Shown here: positions 9,322 through 18,596 of the stretch, one piece after another
How the letters are laid out: each line of letters begins with the position of its first letter
Position numbering within the stretch: position 1 is the first letter of the stretch
Source: Planctomycetota bacterium
GTDB lineage: Bacteria > Planctomycetota > MHYJ01 > JACPRB01
DNA: 64,000 nt
Assembly (NCBI GenBank): GCA_016209705.1
Contig: JACQVR010000065.1
Span: 965 to 64,964, forward strand
Direction of reading: 5' to 3'
Position numbers and translations under genes: made by a program
Notes under the pieces: model-generated
Databases searched by the model: none
What the model was told of the DNA's origin: nothing
Seen by the model: only the letters and a program-made list of their open reading frames with translations

Positions 9322-10130
9322 GCGCGTTCTTCGCCGAAAGGCCCCTCGTTCTGGCGATTCTCGTCGCCCACGGGATGGCGTTGCTCCTTTGGACGGCCGG
9401 CGCCGTTTTGAAGAAGAAAGGCCTGCGGGTGGGAGCCGGAGTCGTGTTCGGAGTCGCCTTCCTTCTCAACACGGCGGTGATCGCCCAGCGCTGGATCGAG
9501 GCGGGGCGGGCGCCGTTCAAGACGCTGTACGAAACGCTGCTCTTTTATCCGTGGTGCGTGGCGTTGGTAACGCTGGTTCTCCTCGCCCTTTATCGCCTGG
9601 GCGTCTTGATCCCTTTCGCTTCGGCGGCGTGCGCGGGAGGACTCCTCTACGCCGCGTCGCGGCCGGATGTCGAGATCGTCAATCTTCCGCCGGCGCTTCA
9701 GAGCGGATGGTTCGTGCCTCACGTGGTGACGTACTTCGTGGCGTACGCGGCGCTCTTCGCGTCGTTCGCGCTCTCGCTTCTGGCGCTCGTTCGTCCGGCG
9801 TGGAAATCGGAAGGCGGCGAGGCGGGATTCGAGGAGTACGCCCATCGCGCCGTGATGTTCGGTTTCGCGGCGCTCACCATGGGCCTGGTCATGGGCGCGA
9901 TATGGGGCAAGGAAGCCTGGGGCGATTACTGGTCCTGGGATCCCAAGGAGAACTGGGCGCTGGTGAGCTGGCTGGCGTACCTGATCTATCTCCATCTGCG
10001 CCTGGTGAAAGGTTGGCGCGGGCGTCCCGCGCTCGTGGTCTGTCTCCTGGCCTTTGTCGCGGTCGTCTTCACGTATCTGGGGATGAGCTCGCTTCCCTCT
10101 GCATCGGATAGCCTGCATGTTTACCAGTAG
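9318..10130 (+). CDS. ccsA: Cytochrome c biogenesis protein CcsA/ResC
   Basis: WWD motif WGDYWSWDPKENW, PALQSGWFVPHV, C-terminal LHVY. Confidence 0.95.
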   Translation: MSAFFAERPLVLAILVAHGMALLLWTAGAVLKKKGLRVGAGVVFGVAFLLNTAVIAQRWIEAGRAPFKTLYETLLFYPWCVALVTLVLLALYRLGVLIPFASAACAGGLLYAASRPDVEIVNLPPALQSGWFVPHVVTYFVAYAALFASFALSLLALVRPAWKSEGGEAGFEEYAHRAVMFGFAALTMGLVMGAIWGKEAWGDYWSWDPKENWALVSWLAYLIYLHLRLVKGWRGRPALVVCLLAFVAVVFTYLGMSSLPSASDSLHVYQ

Positions 10131-10632
10131 GAAGACCTTGATCGTCGTCGGAATGGCGGCGCTGACGAGCGCCGCGGTCGTGGCGCAGATGACGGGCCGC
10201 GGCGCGAGCGATGTGACGCAGCCGCTGGCGTTCAATCACAAACGCCACATCGAAGAAGGCATGAGTTGCCTGGACTGCCACAAGGGGGCCGACCAGCGGG
10301 CCGAGGCCGGGTTTCCTCCGATCCGGAGCTGTCTCTTGTGCCACTCGGAAGCCAAGGGAACCCATCCCGACGAACCCAAGATCCGGGAATTCGCGGAGCG
10401 CAAGGAGTCCATCCCATGGATTCGGGTGAACCGCATGCCGGGCCATGTCTATTTCTCCCACGCGGCCCACGTGGCGTACGCCAAGATGGACTGCCGCGAA
10501 TGCCACGGAGAGATGAAGGACCGCACCGAGCCCGTCACCCGGTCTCAGGTGGACCATTTGAACATGAACCGGTGCATGGCCTGTCACGACTCGAAAGGGG
10601 TCAGCACCGATTGCCTGCGGTGTCACAAATGA
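10117..10632 (+). CDS. Membrane-anchored pentaheme cytochrome c (ActA/QrcA-like)
   Basis: QPLAFNHKRH, 5 CxxCH, IPWIRVNRMPGHVYFSHAAH as in ActA. Confidence 0.88.
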   Translation: MFTSRKTLIVVGMAALTSAAVVAQMTGRGASDVTQPLAFNHKRHIEEGMSCLDCHKGADQRAEAGFPPIRSCLLCHSEAKGTHPDEPKIREFAERKESIPWIRVNRMPGHVYFSHAAHVAYAKMDCRECHGEMKDRTEPVTRSQVDHLNMNRCMACHDSKGVSTDCLRCHK

Positions 10633-13049
10633 ACCAGGAACGCGAGACGAAGTGGGGCCGGCGGGAATTCCTGACCGCGGCGGGCGCCGCCGCGGGAGGG
10701 CTCACGCTGGCGGGTTGTTCCGAGAAGGGAGATCCCTACGCCTTGGAGAAGTCGGGGGTTCCCGGGGAGTCCACGTGGAGCCGCGGCGAGGAGAAGTGGA
10801 TCGCCACCGCCTGCGGCATGTGTGCGGCGGGATGCGGCATTCGCGTGCGGGTGGTCGAAGGCCGGGCGGTGAAGATCGAGGGCCATCCGGATTGTCCGCT
10901 GAACCGCGGCGGCGTCGGACCCAAAGGTCAATCGGGACTACAACTGTTGTACCATCCGGACCGGATCCGCGGGCCCTTGCGTCGCGACGGCGCCAGAGGA
11001 TCGGGAAGCTGGAAGCGGGTTTCGTGGGATGACGCCCTGGGAGAGATCGGACGCGCGCTTCGCGAGCTGCGCTCCCAGGGGGAATCGCGCGGCGTGGTCG
11101 TCCTCGACGGCGAACCGCGGGGGATGATGCCGCAGTTATGGGATCGCTTTCTCGAGGCGTACGGGAGCCCCAACCACATCGATCATCACTCCGCGACGGA
11201 CGGCGGAAAGGTCCTCGCGACGGCGTACATGCACGGCGTGCCCGAACTGCCCGCGTACGACTGGGAAAACACGCAGTATGTCCTCGGATTCGGCGCGAGC
11301 CTGTTCGAATCGTGGTGCCAGTCCATTCATTTCATGCGCGCGGCGGTCCACATGCGCCGCGGCGTCCCGGGCCGGCGGGCCAAATTTGTCCAGGTCTCGC
11401 CCCGCTTCTCGGTGACGGCCGCGCGCGCCGACGAGTGGGTGCCCATCGAGCCGGCCACGTACGGAGCCCTCGCGCTCGGCTTGGCGCACGTCTTGATCAA
11501 GGAAGACCTCTACGACGAAGCGTTCGTCCGCGATCACACGTTCGGATTCGAGCCCTGGAAGGATGAGGAAGGGAAGGCGCATCGAGGGTTTCGAGATCTA
11601 GTTCTGGAGGACTATCCGCCCGATAAAGTATCCCCAATCACCGGCGTTCCCGTCGAGACGATCGTGCGCCTGGCGCAGGAAATGGCCGCGCATCGACCCG
11701 CCATTTCGCTGGCGGACGGTGGCGCGGCGGCCGCCACGAACGGATTGGGAACGGCCATGGCGATCCATGCCCTCAACGCTTTGCTGGGAAACCTGGAGCG
11801 TCCCGGAGGAATGATCGTCCAGCGGGCCGCGCCTCTGGCGCCATGGAAAGCCGTCGAGGCGGATGAAACGGCCCGAAAGAACCGGCAGGCGCCGAGAATC
11901 GACGGGACGGGAGACGGGGCTTGCCCGCTCGGAAGAGGTTTCATCCAGGGTCTTCCCGAAACCGTCCTCTCCGGAAATCCCTATCCCGTCAAAGCGCTGT
12001 TTCTTTATCGGTCCAATCCTGTTTTCTCGAAACCCGACGGCCGCCGCTGGGCGGAAGCGATCCAAAAGATCCCGCTCGTGGTGAGCTTTTCCCCCCTGCC
12101 CGATGAGTCCACGTTTTGGGCCGACTTCATCCTGCCGGAATCCACGTACTTCGAACGGTGGGAGATCGTCGAACCCGTCCCCAGCGTGGGCCATCCGGTG
12201 GTGACGTTTCGCCAGCCCGTCGTCGCCCCTCTGTACGACACGATGGCCGCGGGCGACGCGCTGATCCGTCTGGCGAACGCGGTGGGCTCTCCCGTGGCGG
12301 ACGCCTTCCCCTGGGAAAGCTACCGCAAGGCGCTCGAAGAGCGGATCAAAGGTTTCCTGGGAAAAGAAGGGTCGACGGCCGCGACGAAAATGTCGGCCTT
12401 GATCAAAGGACTTCAAAAGGATGGAGGATGGTGGGCTCCCGGATACTCGTTTGAGAAATGGGAGACGGCGTTTCCTACCCCCTCGGGCAAGTTCGAGTTT
12501 TATTCCCGGGAGATCGCCGGTCGGCTCGCGAAGGCGTTCCCGGATGCGGCCGCGCTGGAAAAGCATCTCGCCGGCGCGGGTGTGGCCACGCGCGGGGACG
12601 ACCTGTGCCTTCCTCATTGGGAGCCTCCGCGCTTTTCCGGCAGCGCCGGCGCCTATCCGTTCGTTCTCGTGGTTTATCGAGGGATCAACTACGCGGAAGG
12701 CGGCGTCCGCCACATCCCGGGGCTCCGTGAACTTCCCGGCTCGGGCCGCCTGACGTGGAAGGAGCGCATCGAATTGAACCCCGAGGATGCGCGCCACCTG
12801 GGCATCGACGACGGCACGCCGGTGCGGGTTGAATCTCCCGCGGGCGTGCGCGTTTTGTACGCTCAAATATTTGCGGGAGTTCGTCCCGGGACCGTTGCGC
12901 TTCCGCTCGGTCACGGACCTTGGCCCCCTGAGCCTACCTTGCAGGTCGCCGGCGGCTACGGCCTTCTGGACAATCTGAGCGATCCCTTGGGAGGCATCCT
13001 GGCGCTCCAGGGAACGCGGGTACGCATCCTCAAGGAGGAAGGGGTATGA
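10629..13049 (+). CDS. Tat-exported molybdopterin oxidoreductase-family subunit (QrcB/ActB-like, 806 aa)
   Basis: Twin-Arg GRREFL plus LAGC lipobox, CGMCAAGC Fe-S motif, YHPDRIRGPL, ADFILPESTYFE, C-terminal molydop-binding domain. Confidence 0.88.
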   Translation: MNQERETKWGRREFLTAAGAAAGGLTLAGCSEKGDPYALEKSGVPGESTWSRGEEKWIATACGMCAAGCGIRVRVVEGRAVKIEGHPDCPLNRGGVGPKGQSGLQLLYHPDRIRGPLRRDGARGSGSWKRVSWDDALGEIGRALRELRSQGESRGVVVLDGEPRGMMPQLWDRFLEAYGSPNHIDHHSATDGGKVLATAYMHGVPELPAYDWENTQYVLGFGASLFESWCQSIHFMRAAVHMRRGVPGRRAKFVQVSPRFSVTAARADEWVPIEPATYGALALGLAHVLIKEDLYDEAFVRDHTFGFEPWKDEEGKAHRGFRDLVLEDYPPDKVSPITGVPVETIVRLAQEMAAHRPAISLADGGAAAATNGLGTAMAIHALNALLGNLERPGGMIVQRAAPLAPWKAVEADETARKNRQAPRIDGTGDGACPLGRGFIQGLPETVLSGNPYPVKALFLYRSNPVFSKPDGRRWAEAIQKIPLVVSFSPLPDESTFWADFILPESTYFERWEIVEPVPSVGHPVVTFRQPVVAPLYDTMAAGDALIRLANAVGSPVADAFPWESYRKALEERIKGFLGKEGSTAATKMSALIKGLQKDGGWWAPGYSFEKWETAFPTPSGKFEFYSREIAGRLAKAFPDAAALEKHLAGAGVATRGDDLCLPHWEPPRFSGSAGAYPFVLVVYRGINYAEGGVRHIPGLRELPGSGRLTWKERIELNPEDARHLGIDDGTPVRVESPAGVRVLYAQIFAGVRPGTVALPLGHGPWPPEPTLQVAGGYGLLDNLSDPLGGILALQGTRVRILKEEGV

Positions 13050-13867
13050 CGGAGCGCTCAGCCAACTTTGAAAAACCGTCGCGGCGAGGCGTGCTCGGGG
13101 CGATTCTCGGAGCACTGAGTTCCCCGATCGTCCTTTCCAGGCGGCTCTTCGCCGCGGCGGCTCGCCGGAAAATCAAGTGGGGAATGGTCATCGATCTGGA
13201 CAAGTGCACGGGATGCCGGGGGTGCGCCGCGGCGTGCCGGGCGGAGAACAACATCGCCACGGCCGGGCCCGAACGGGCCGAAGAAGGGCGCGGGATCTAC
13301 TGGATGGACCTGCTCACCGTGGAGGAGGGAGAATACCCCAACCTCCGCTCCCAGTTCATTCCCACGCCGTGCAATCACTGCGAGAACGCGCCGTGCGTGA
13401 AGGTCTGCCCGGTGGGCGCGACTTACATTAATGAGGAAGGAATCGTCGCTCAGATCTGGGCACGCTGCATCGGGTGCCGCTATTGCACGACGGCATGCCC
13501 TTACACGCGCCGGTACTTCAACTGGCAGGCGCCGTCATGGCCGGAGGAAGATCGGCAGCGTCTCAATCCCGACGTGGCCACGCGCCCCAAAGGCGTCGTC
13601 GAAAAATGCACGTTCTGTCACCATCGGATCCGCGCGGCGCGCGAGTCCGCCCGCGCGGAGGGGCGGTTGCTGTCCGATGCCGACGTGCGAAAGCTGCCGG
13701 CGTGCGCGCAATCCTGCCCCGCGGAAGCGATCGTCTTCGGGGATCTGAACGATCCGGAGTCTGAGGTGTCGCGCCTGGCCGCCAGCCCGCGGGCTTTCCG
13801 ATTGCAAGAGGAACTGGGCACGCATCCCAAGGTGGTCTATCTGCGGGAGGCCAAATGGCGGGAATAG
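13046..13867 (+). CDS. 4Fe-4S dicluster protein (NrfC/QrcC/ActB2-like)
   Basis: WGMVIDLDKCTGCRGCAAAC, CNHCENAPCVKVCP, CIGCRYCTTACPY, KCTFC…PACAQSCP; RR signal-like N-terminus. Confidence 0.95.
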   Translation: MTERSANFEKPSRRGVLGAILGALSSPIVLSRRLFAAAARRKIKWGMVIDLDKCTGCRGCAAACRAENNIATAGPERAEEGRGIYWMDLLTVEEGEYPNLRSQFIPTPCNHCENAPCVKVCPVGATYINEEGIVAQIWARCIGCRYCTTACPYTRRYFNWQAPSWPEEDRQRLNPDVATRPKGVVEKCTFCHHRIRAARESARAEGRLLSDADVRKLPACAQSCPAEAIVFGDLNDPESEVSRLAASPRAFRLQEELGTHPKVVYLREAKWRE

Positions 13868-13872
13868 GAGCC

Positions 13873-15207
13873 ATGGAAATCGAGGAGCCCAGGTCGCCGA
13901 GGTTCACGTTCGAGGTGCAACCGATCTTCGAGCCGCTGCGGAGAACAGGGGCGGGATTTTATTGGGCGGCCGCGGCTCTGCTGGCCGTGGTGGCCTTTGG
14001 GGTTTACGCCTATGTGCGGCAGTATGTTTACGGCCTGGGCGTGACCGGCATGAACCGGCCCATGTACTGGGGCGTGTACATGGCGAACTTCGTCTTCTTC
14101 ATCGGCATCTCGCACGCGGGTACGCTCATTTCGGCGATCTTGCGGGTATCGGGAGCGGAGTGGAGGCGGCCGGTGACCCGCTGCGCCGAGGTGATCACCG
14201 TATTCGCCCTCATCTTCGGCGCCCTCTCGGTAATCCTGGATTTGGGCCGTCCCGACCGGCTCCTGAACGTGCTGCGGCATGGCCGCCTTCAGTCGCCCAT
14301 CCTGTGGGACGTTTGCTGCATCAGCACCTACCTCACGGGAAGCCTCATCTATCTTTATCTCCCGCTCATCCCGGACATGGCGATCTTGAGGGACCGAAAG
14401 GAAGGGCGAGTGTGGCTCTATCGGTTCCTCGCCATCGGTTACCGCGGGACGGCGGGGCAAAAGAAGCGCCTCGAATTCTGGATCGCCGTCATGGCCATCC
14501 TGATCATCCCGATCGCCGTCTCGGTGCACACGGTCGTCTCCTACATCTTCGCCACGACGCTCCAGCCCGGCTGGCACAGCACGATCTTCGGCCCCTATTT
14601 CGTCGTGGGCGCGATTTTCTCGGGGTTGGCGGCGCTCATGATCGCCATGGCGATCATCCGTCGCGGATTCCGTCTCGAAGGGGTCCTCAAGGACATTCAC
14701 TTCAACAATCTGGGACTGATCCTGCTGGTGATGACCTGTCTCATGATCTACTTCACGTTCAACATCTATCTGGTCGAGATCACCGGCAACGAACCTTTGA
14801 TCATGGCGTCGGTGCTGGCCAAGGTCAACGGACCGTATGCCGTGCCGTTTTGGGGGATGATCGTCGGCGGCATGATCGTCCCGGCCATCATTCTGGCTTT
14901 TCCCAAGGGACGCACCGTGACCGGGTGCGTCATCGCCTCGGTCTTGATTCTCGTGGCGATGTGGGTGGAGCGGTTCCTGATCGTAGTCCCCACGCTGATT
15001 CATCCGCGCCTTCCCTGGACCGCAGGTTCCTACGCCCCCACCTGGGTCGAATGGGCGATCACGGCCGGGTGCCTGGCCGCCTTCGCGTTGCTGTACCTGC
15101 TGTTCACCAAGGTGTTCCCGATCGTCTCGATCTGGGAGGTCCAGGAGGGCATCGATGAAGCCATTCCCAAGGTGCGGGAACGGTTCAAGCACTACATGCC
15201 GGACTGA
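13873..15207 (+). CDS. NrfD/PsrC-family quinone-interacting membrane subunit (QrcD/ActC-like)
   Basis: RBS AGGAG; WGVYMANFVFFIGISHAGTLISAILR, DLGRPDR, SPILWD, VHTVVS, GWHSTIFGPYF. Confidence 0.93.
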   Translation: MEIEEPRSPRFTFEVQPIFEPLRRTGAGFYWAAAALLAVVAFGVYAYVRQYVYGLGVTGMNRPMYWGVYMANFVFFIGISHAGTLISAILRVSGAEWRRPVTRCAEVITVFALIFGALSVILDLGRPDRLLNVLRHGRLQSPILWDVCCISTYLTGSLIYLYLPLIPDMAILRDRKEGRVWLYRFLAIGYRGTAGQKKRLEFWIAVMAILIIPIAVSVHTVVSYIFATTLQPGWHSTIFGPYFVVGAIFSGLAALMIAMAIIRRGFRLEGVLKDIHFNNLGLILLVMTCLMIYFTFNIYLVEITGNEPLIMASVLAKVNGPYAVPFWGMIVGGMIVPAIILAFPKGRTVTGCVIASVLILVAMWVERFLIVVPTLIHPRLPWTAGSYAPTWVEWAITAGCLAAFALLYLLFTKVFPIVSIWEVQEGIDEAIPKVRERFKHYMPD

Positions 15208-15234
15208 TCTCCCGCGAAAAGGGGGTGATCGCAC

Positions 15235-16785
15235 GTGACGTTGAAGGCGCGAATCACCCTGCTGGTGCTTCTGGCGACCTTGTCGGAAGCGATCCTCCTC
15301 GGCGTCATCGCGTACAACGGAGTCAGCAGCGTCTCTCGCAATTCCTTCGAATTGAGGCGGATCGTGTCGGTGATCGAGGAAACGAGGGCGCTCAATGCGC
15401 TGCTGTCCCATCTTTCGGATCCCGTCGAGCATGTGCTCAACGGCGGCCGCGACGCTCGCGAGCGGTTCCTCGGTTCCATGGACGATCTCCAGCGCAAGGT
15501 CGCGGGTTGCGCGGCCGCCACCTGTCACGGATACGACAAGCAGCCGCCCCGCATGGCGGGCGAGATGCTGCGCAGTCTCCAATCGATTCGGGCCGACGGG
15601 ACGCGCATCCTCTCCGCGTATCAGCCGGGCGATCCTCCGCCGCTGGCGGAGTGGGCCGAAGGAGTCGACCGTCCCGCGCGCCTGATTTCCCGCGCGACCG
15701 AACAGATGGCGGGAACGCTCATGAACCGCGCCCGCGAGGTCGACGCCGCCTCTCGGGAGACCGATCAGGCCTCGATCCTACTGGTGACGTTCGCCACGCT
15801 CTTCTGCATCGCCCTGTCGGTCGCGCTGGCTCGTCCCCTCGCGCGCGGCATGACCCGCCCGCTGGCGGGCTTGGTCGAGCAGACGCATCGGATCGCGGAG
15901 GGCAACTTCGAGATCCGCGCGAAGGAATCCGGACCGCCCGAGATCGCGACGCTGGCCCGCTCCTTCAACGCGATGCTCGACGCCCTCGGTCATTATCGGG
16001 ATGAATTGCTGGCCCATCGCAAGGAGTTGGAACTGACGGTCGAGGAACGCGTGACCGAACTGCGCCGCAAGGATGAAGACTTGAAGCGGGCCGGACGATT
16101 GGCGAGCGTGGGGCTGGCCGCAGGCGAAGTGGCCCACGATCTCAACAACCCTTTGACGAACATCCTGGTCAATTCCGACGTCCTCCTCGAATCGGCGGAC
16201 ACCCCCGGTCGTTCCCGGGGCCTCGTCGAGGACATCCGCCGGGACGCGGTCCGCTGCCGGGAAATCGCGGCCGGCATCCGGACGTTGAGCCGCGAGCCGG
16301 GGATCGAGATGACGTCGTGTGCGATCAAGGACTTGATCGAGGAGGCCATCCGCATGCTCCGGTTCAAATGGGGACCGCGGCGGATCGCCGTGAAGTACGA
16401 CTCGAACAACGGGCCGGCGGCATGTTTGTGCAGTCGTCCAGGGATGCTGCAATTGCTGGTGAACCTCATTGAGAACGCCATCGACGCGAGTCCCGACGAC
16501 GGCCTCGTGGAAATCCGCCTGCGTGCTTCGGAGGCCGCGATCGTCCTGGAGGTGCAGGATTACGGAGCGGGAATCCCGCCGGAGGCACGCAGATCCCTCT
16601 TCCGGCCTTTCTTCACGAGCAAGGCCGGGGGCACGGGGCTCGGGCTGGCGATCAGCCGGCGCATCGCGGTGCAGCATGAGGGATCGATCGAGTTCGAAAC
16701 GCGCACGGCCGCCGAGGATCCTGAGCGTCACGGAACGCTCTTCCGCGTGACGATCCCCTGCGGACGGGCTGCTGAGGTATCGTGA
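15235..16785 (+). CDS. HAMP-domain sensor histidine kinase with periplasmic Cx4CH motif
   Basis: Two TMs, HAMP, H-box AHDLNNPL, N-box NLIENAIDA, DYGAGI, PFFTSK-GGTGLGL. Confidence 0.93.
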   Translation: MTLKARITLLVLLATLSEAILLGVIAYNGVSSVSRNSFELRRIVSVIEETRALNALLSHLSDPVEHVLNGGRDARERFLGSMDDLQRKVAGCAAATCHGYDKQPPRMAGEMLRSLQSIRADGTRILSAYQPGDPPPLAEWAEGVDRPARLISRATEQMAGTLMNRAREVDAASRETDQASILLVTFATLFCIALSVALARPLARGMTRPLAGLVEQTHRIAEGNFEIRAKESGPPEIATLARSFNAMLDALGHYRDELLAHRKELELTVEERVTELRRKDEDLKRAGRLASVGLAAGEVAHDLNNPLTNILVNSDVLLESADTPGRSRGLVEDIRRDAVRCREIAAGIRTLSREPGIEMTSCAIKDLIEEAIRMLRFKWGPRRIAVKYDSNNGPAACLCSRPGMLQLLVNLIENAIDASPDDGLVEIRLRASEAAIVLEVQDYGAGIPPEARRSLFRPFFTSKAGGTGLGLAISRRIAVQHEGSIEFETRTAAEDPERHGTLFRVTIPCGRAAEVS

Positions 16786-16809
16786 AAGAAAGGGTTTCGT
16801 AAAGAGGTG

Positions 16810-16887
16810 GAACCGCCAAAACGCCGAATCGCCAAACGAGATCCACCGCAAGAAGTACCCGATGGCGCTTTAGCGCTTTGGCGGTTC
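16810..16887. repeat. Intergenic palindromic element of octamer units (CGCCAAAA-type)
   Basis: gaac cgccaaaa cgccgaat cgccaaac ... tggcgctt tagcgctt tggcggttc. Confidence 0.75.
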
Positions 16888-16900
16888 ATCTGAATAAAAC

Positions 16901-18334
16901 ATGGAAACGGAAGCGGCGATCCTGATCGTGGATGACGAGGAAGGCACGCGCGCCTCGCTCGCGCGCGCTCTCGATCAGCCGGGGTATCGGGTGCGCGGAG
17001 TGGAGTCCGCCGAAGCGGCGCTGGCCGCTCTGGAGAAAGAATCGTTCGACGTCATCCTCTGCGACATCCGCCTTGGAGGCATGGATGGGTTGGAACTCCA
17101 GAAGCGGATTCGCGCGGATCATCCCGACGTTCCCGTGGTGATGATCACGGCGTACGCCGCCGTCGAAACCGCGGTGCGCGCGCTGAAGCAGGGCGCCTAT
17201 GATTATCTGGCTAAACCTTTTTCCGCGGAAGAGGCGCGCAGCGCCGTCCACCGCGCCCTGGAGAGCCGCCGCCTGCGGCTGGAAAACGACTCGCTCCGCG
17301 AAGTGCTTCGCGGGTTCGCGGGCGAAGTGTGGGTCGGGAATTCCGCGCCGATACGGCGGCTTTATGAGGAGGCGGCCAAAGTGGCGCGCAGCAACGCCAC
17401 CGTCTTCATCAGCGGCGAAAGCGGAACCGGCAAGGAGATCCTGGCGCGATACCTGCACGCGCGCAGTCTTCGGGAGCGAGGGATCTTCGTGGCGCTCAAC
17501 TGCGCGGCCCTTCCGGAGAACCTGGCCGACTCGCAGATGTTCGGCCATGTGCGCGGGGCGTTCACCGGAGCGGTGGCGGATCAGCGCGGCCATCTCGAGC
17601 TGGCTCACGGGGGCACGCTCTTCCTGGATGAGATCGCGGACCTCAAGCTCGACGTCCAAGCCAAGCTGCTGAGGGTGCTGGAGGAACACCACTTTCGGCG
17701 GCTGGGTTCCGAGCGGGAGATCTCCGTGGATGTGCGGGTCCTCGCCGCCGCCCAGCGGAGTCCCGAACAGTTGGTCAAGGAGGGGAAGCTGCGGGAGGAC
17801 CTTTACTATCGGCTCGGGGCGATCCATCTCGAGGTCCCGCCGCTGCGCGAACGGCCGGGCGACATCGCGGATCTGGCGCTGCACTTCCTCGCGCGCTTCT
17901 CGCAGGAGCTCAAGAAGCCCGTCGAAGGATTGGAGCCGGAAGCGCTGAGTTTGCTCGAGAAGTATCCCTGGCCGGGGAACGTGCGGGAGCTCAAGAACGT
18001 GATGGAACGGGCGGCGCTCTTCGTCCAGGCGGGGAGCCGCGTCGGGATCGCGGATTTTCCGGAAAAGATCCGCCGGACTCCGGGCACGGCGCTCTTCGTG
18101 GTGGAGGCTCCTCAGCCGCTCCCGTTGCGGGAATTGTCCCGGCGCTACATCCGCCACGTGTTGGATTTGTGCGACGGCAACCAGGCGAAGGCCGCGCGCC
18201 TCCTGGAGATTTCCCCTTCCACGCTCTGGAGACATTTTTCAAAGACCGAGGCGGCCGCCTTGAAAGATGCCAAGGAGGCTACGCCCGGCTCGCGGGACAA
18301 GGTGCGGACGCCGCATCGTCCGGTGGGTCCATGA
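16901..18334 (+). CDS. NtrC-family sigma-54-dependent response regulator
   Basis: REC (IVDDE, CDI), [28 protein letters not shown], Fis-type HTH. Confidence 0.96.
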   Translation: METEAAILIVDDEEGTRASLARALDQPGYRVRGVESAEAALAALEKESFDVILCDIRLGGMDGLELQKRIRADHPDVPVVMITAYAAVETAVRALKQGAYDYLAKPFSAEEARSAVHRALESRRLRLENDSLREVLRGFAGEVWVGNSAPIRRLYEEAAKVARSNATVFISGESGTGKEILARYLHARSLRERGIFVALNCAALPENLADSQMFGHVRGAFTGAVADQRGHLELAHGGTLFLDEIADLKLDVQAKLLRVLEEHHFRRLGSEREISVDVRVLAAAQRSPEQLVKEGKLREDLYYRLGAIHLEVPPLRERPGDIADLALHFLARFSQELKKPVEGLEPEALSLLEKYPWPGNVRELKNVMERAALFVQAGSRVGIADFPEKIRRTPGTALFVVEAPQPLPLRELSRRYIRHVLDLCDGNQAKAARLLEISPSTLWRHFSKTEAAALKDAKEATPGSRDKVRTPHRPVGP

Positions 18335-18341
18335 ATCTCCC

Positions 18342-18383
18342 GAAATAAACTTCCCCGCGGCTTGCCGCGGGGAAGTTTATTTC
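18342..18383. terminator. Perfect inverted repeat (terminator or REP-like)
   Basis: gaaataaacttccccgcgg-cttg-ccgcggggaagtttatttc right after the stop codon. Confidence 0.7.
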
Positions 18384-18524
18384 ACATTCATGGGAAACGT
18401 GTCACGCTCGTGTGAAAAGCGCCTTTTCGCCATTCTGGACGTTTGATTTCATTTTTCGTCCCCTTCGGCTCGATTCCTTGTTCCACCCATGGAACGTTGT
18501 CGCCCTTGAGGGGCTTCCAGAGCA

Positions 18525-18540
18525 TGGCAAACGTTTTGCT
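18525..18540 (+). promoter_or_regulatory. Sigma-54 -24/-12 promoter
   Basis: TGGCAAACGTTTTGCT (GG-N10-GC) 57 nt before ATG 18597. Confidence 0.75.
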
Positions 18541-18596
18541 CTACCCCAAGAACACGGCAGAGGTTGTTTACTCCAAGACTCCGGAAGGAGAACGAC

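Noticed and set aside
11598..15582. Long antisense ORFs (505 aa, 581 aa) and similar ones elsewhere (30634-32283, 32828-34678, 60319-62181)
   Set aside because: Shadow ORFs of real genes in high-GC DNA, with no recognisable motifs
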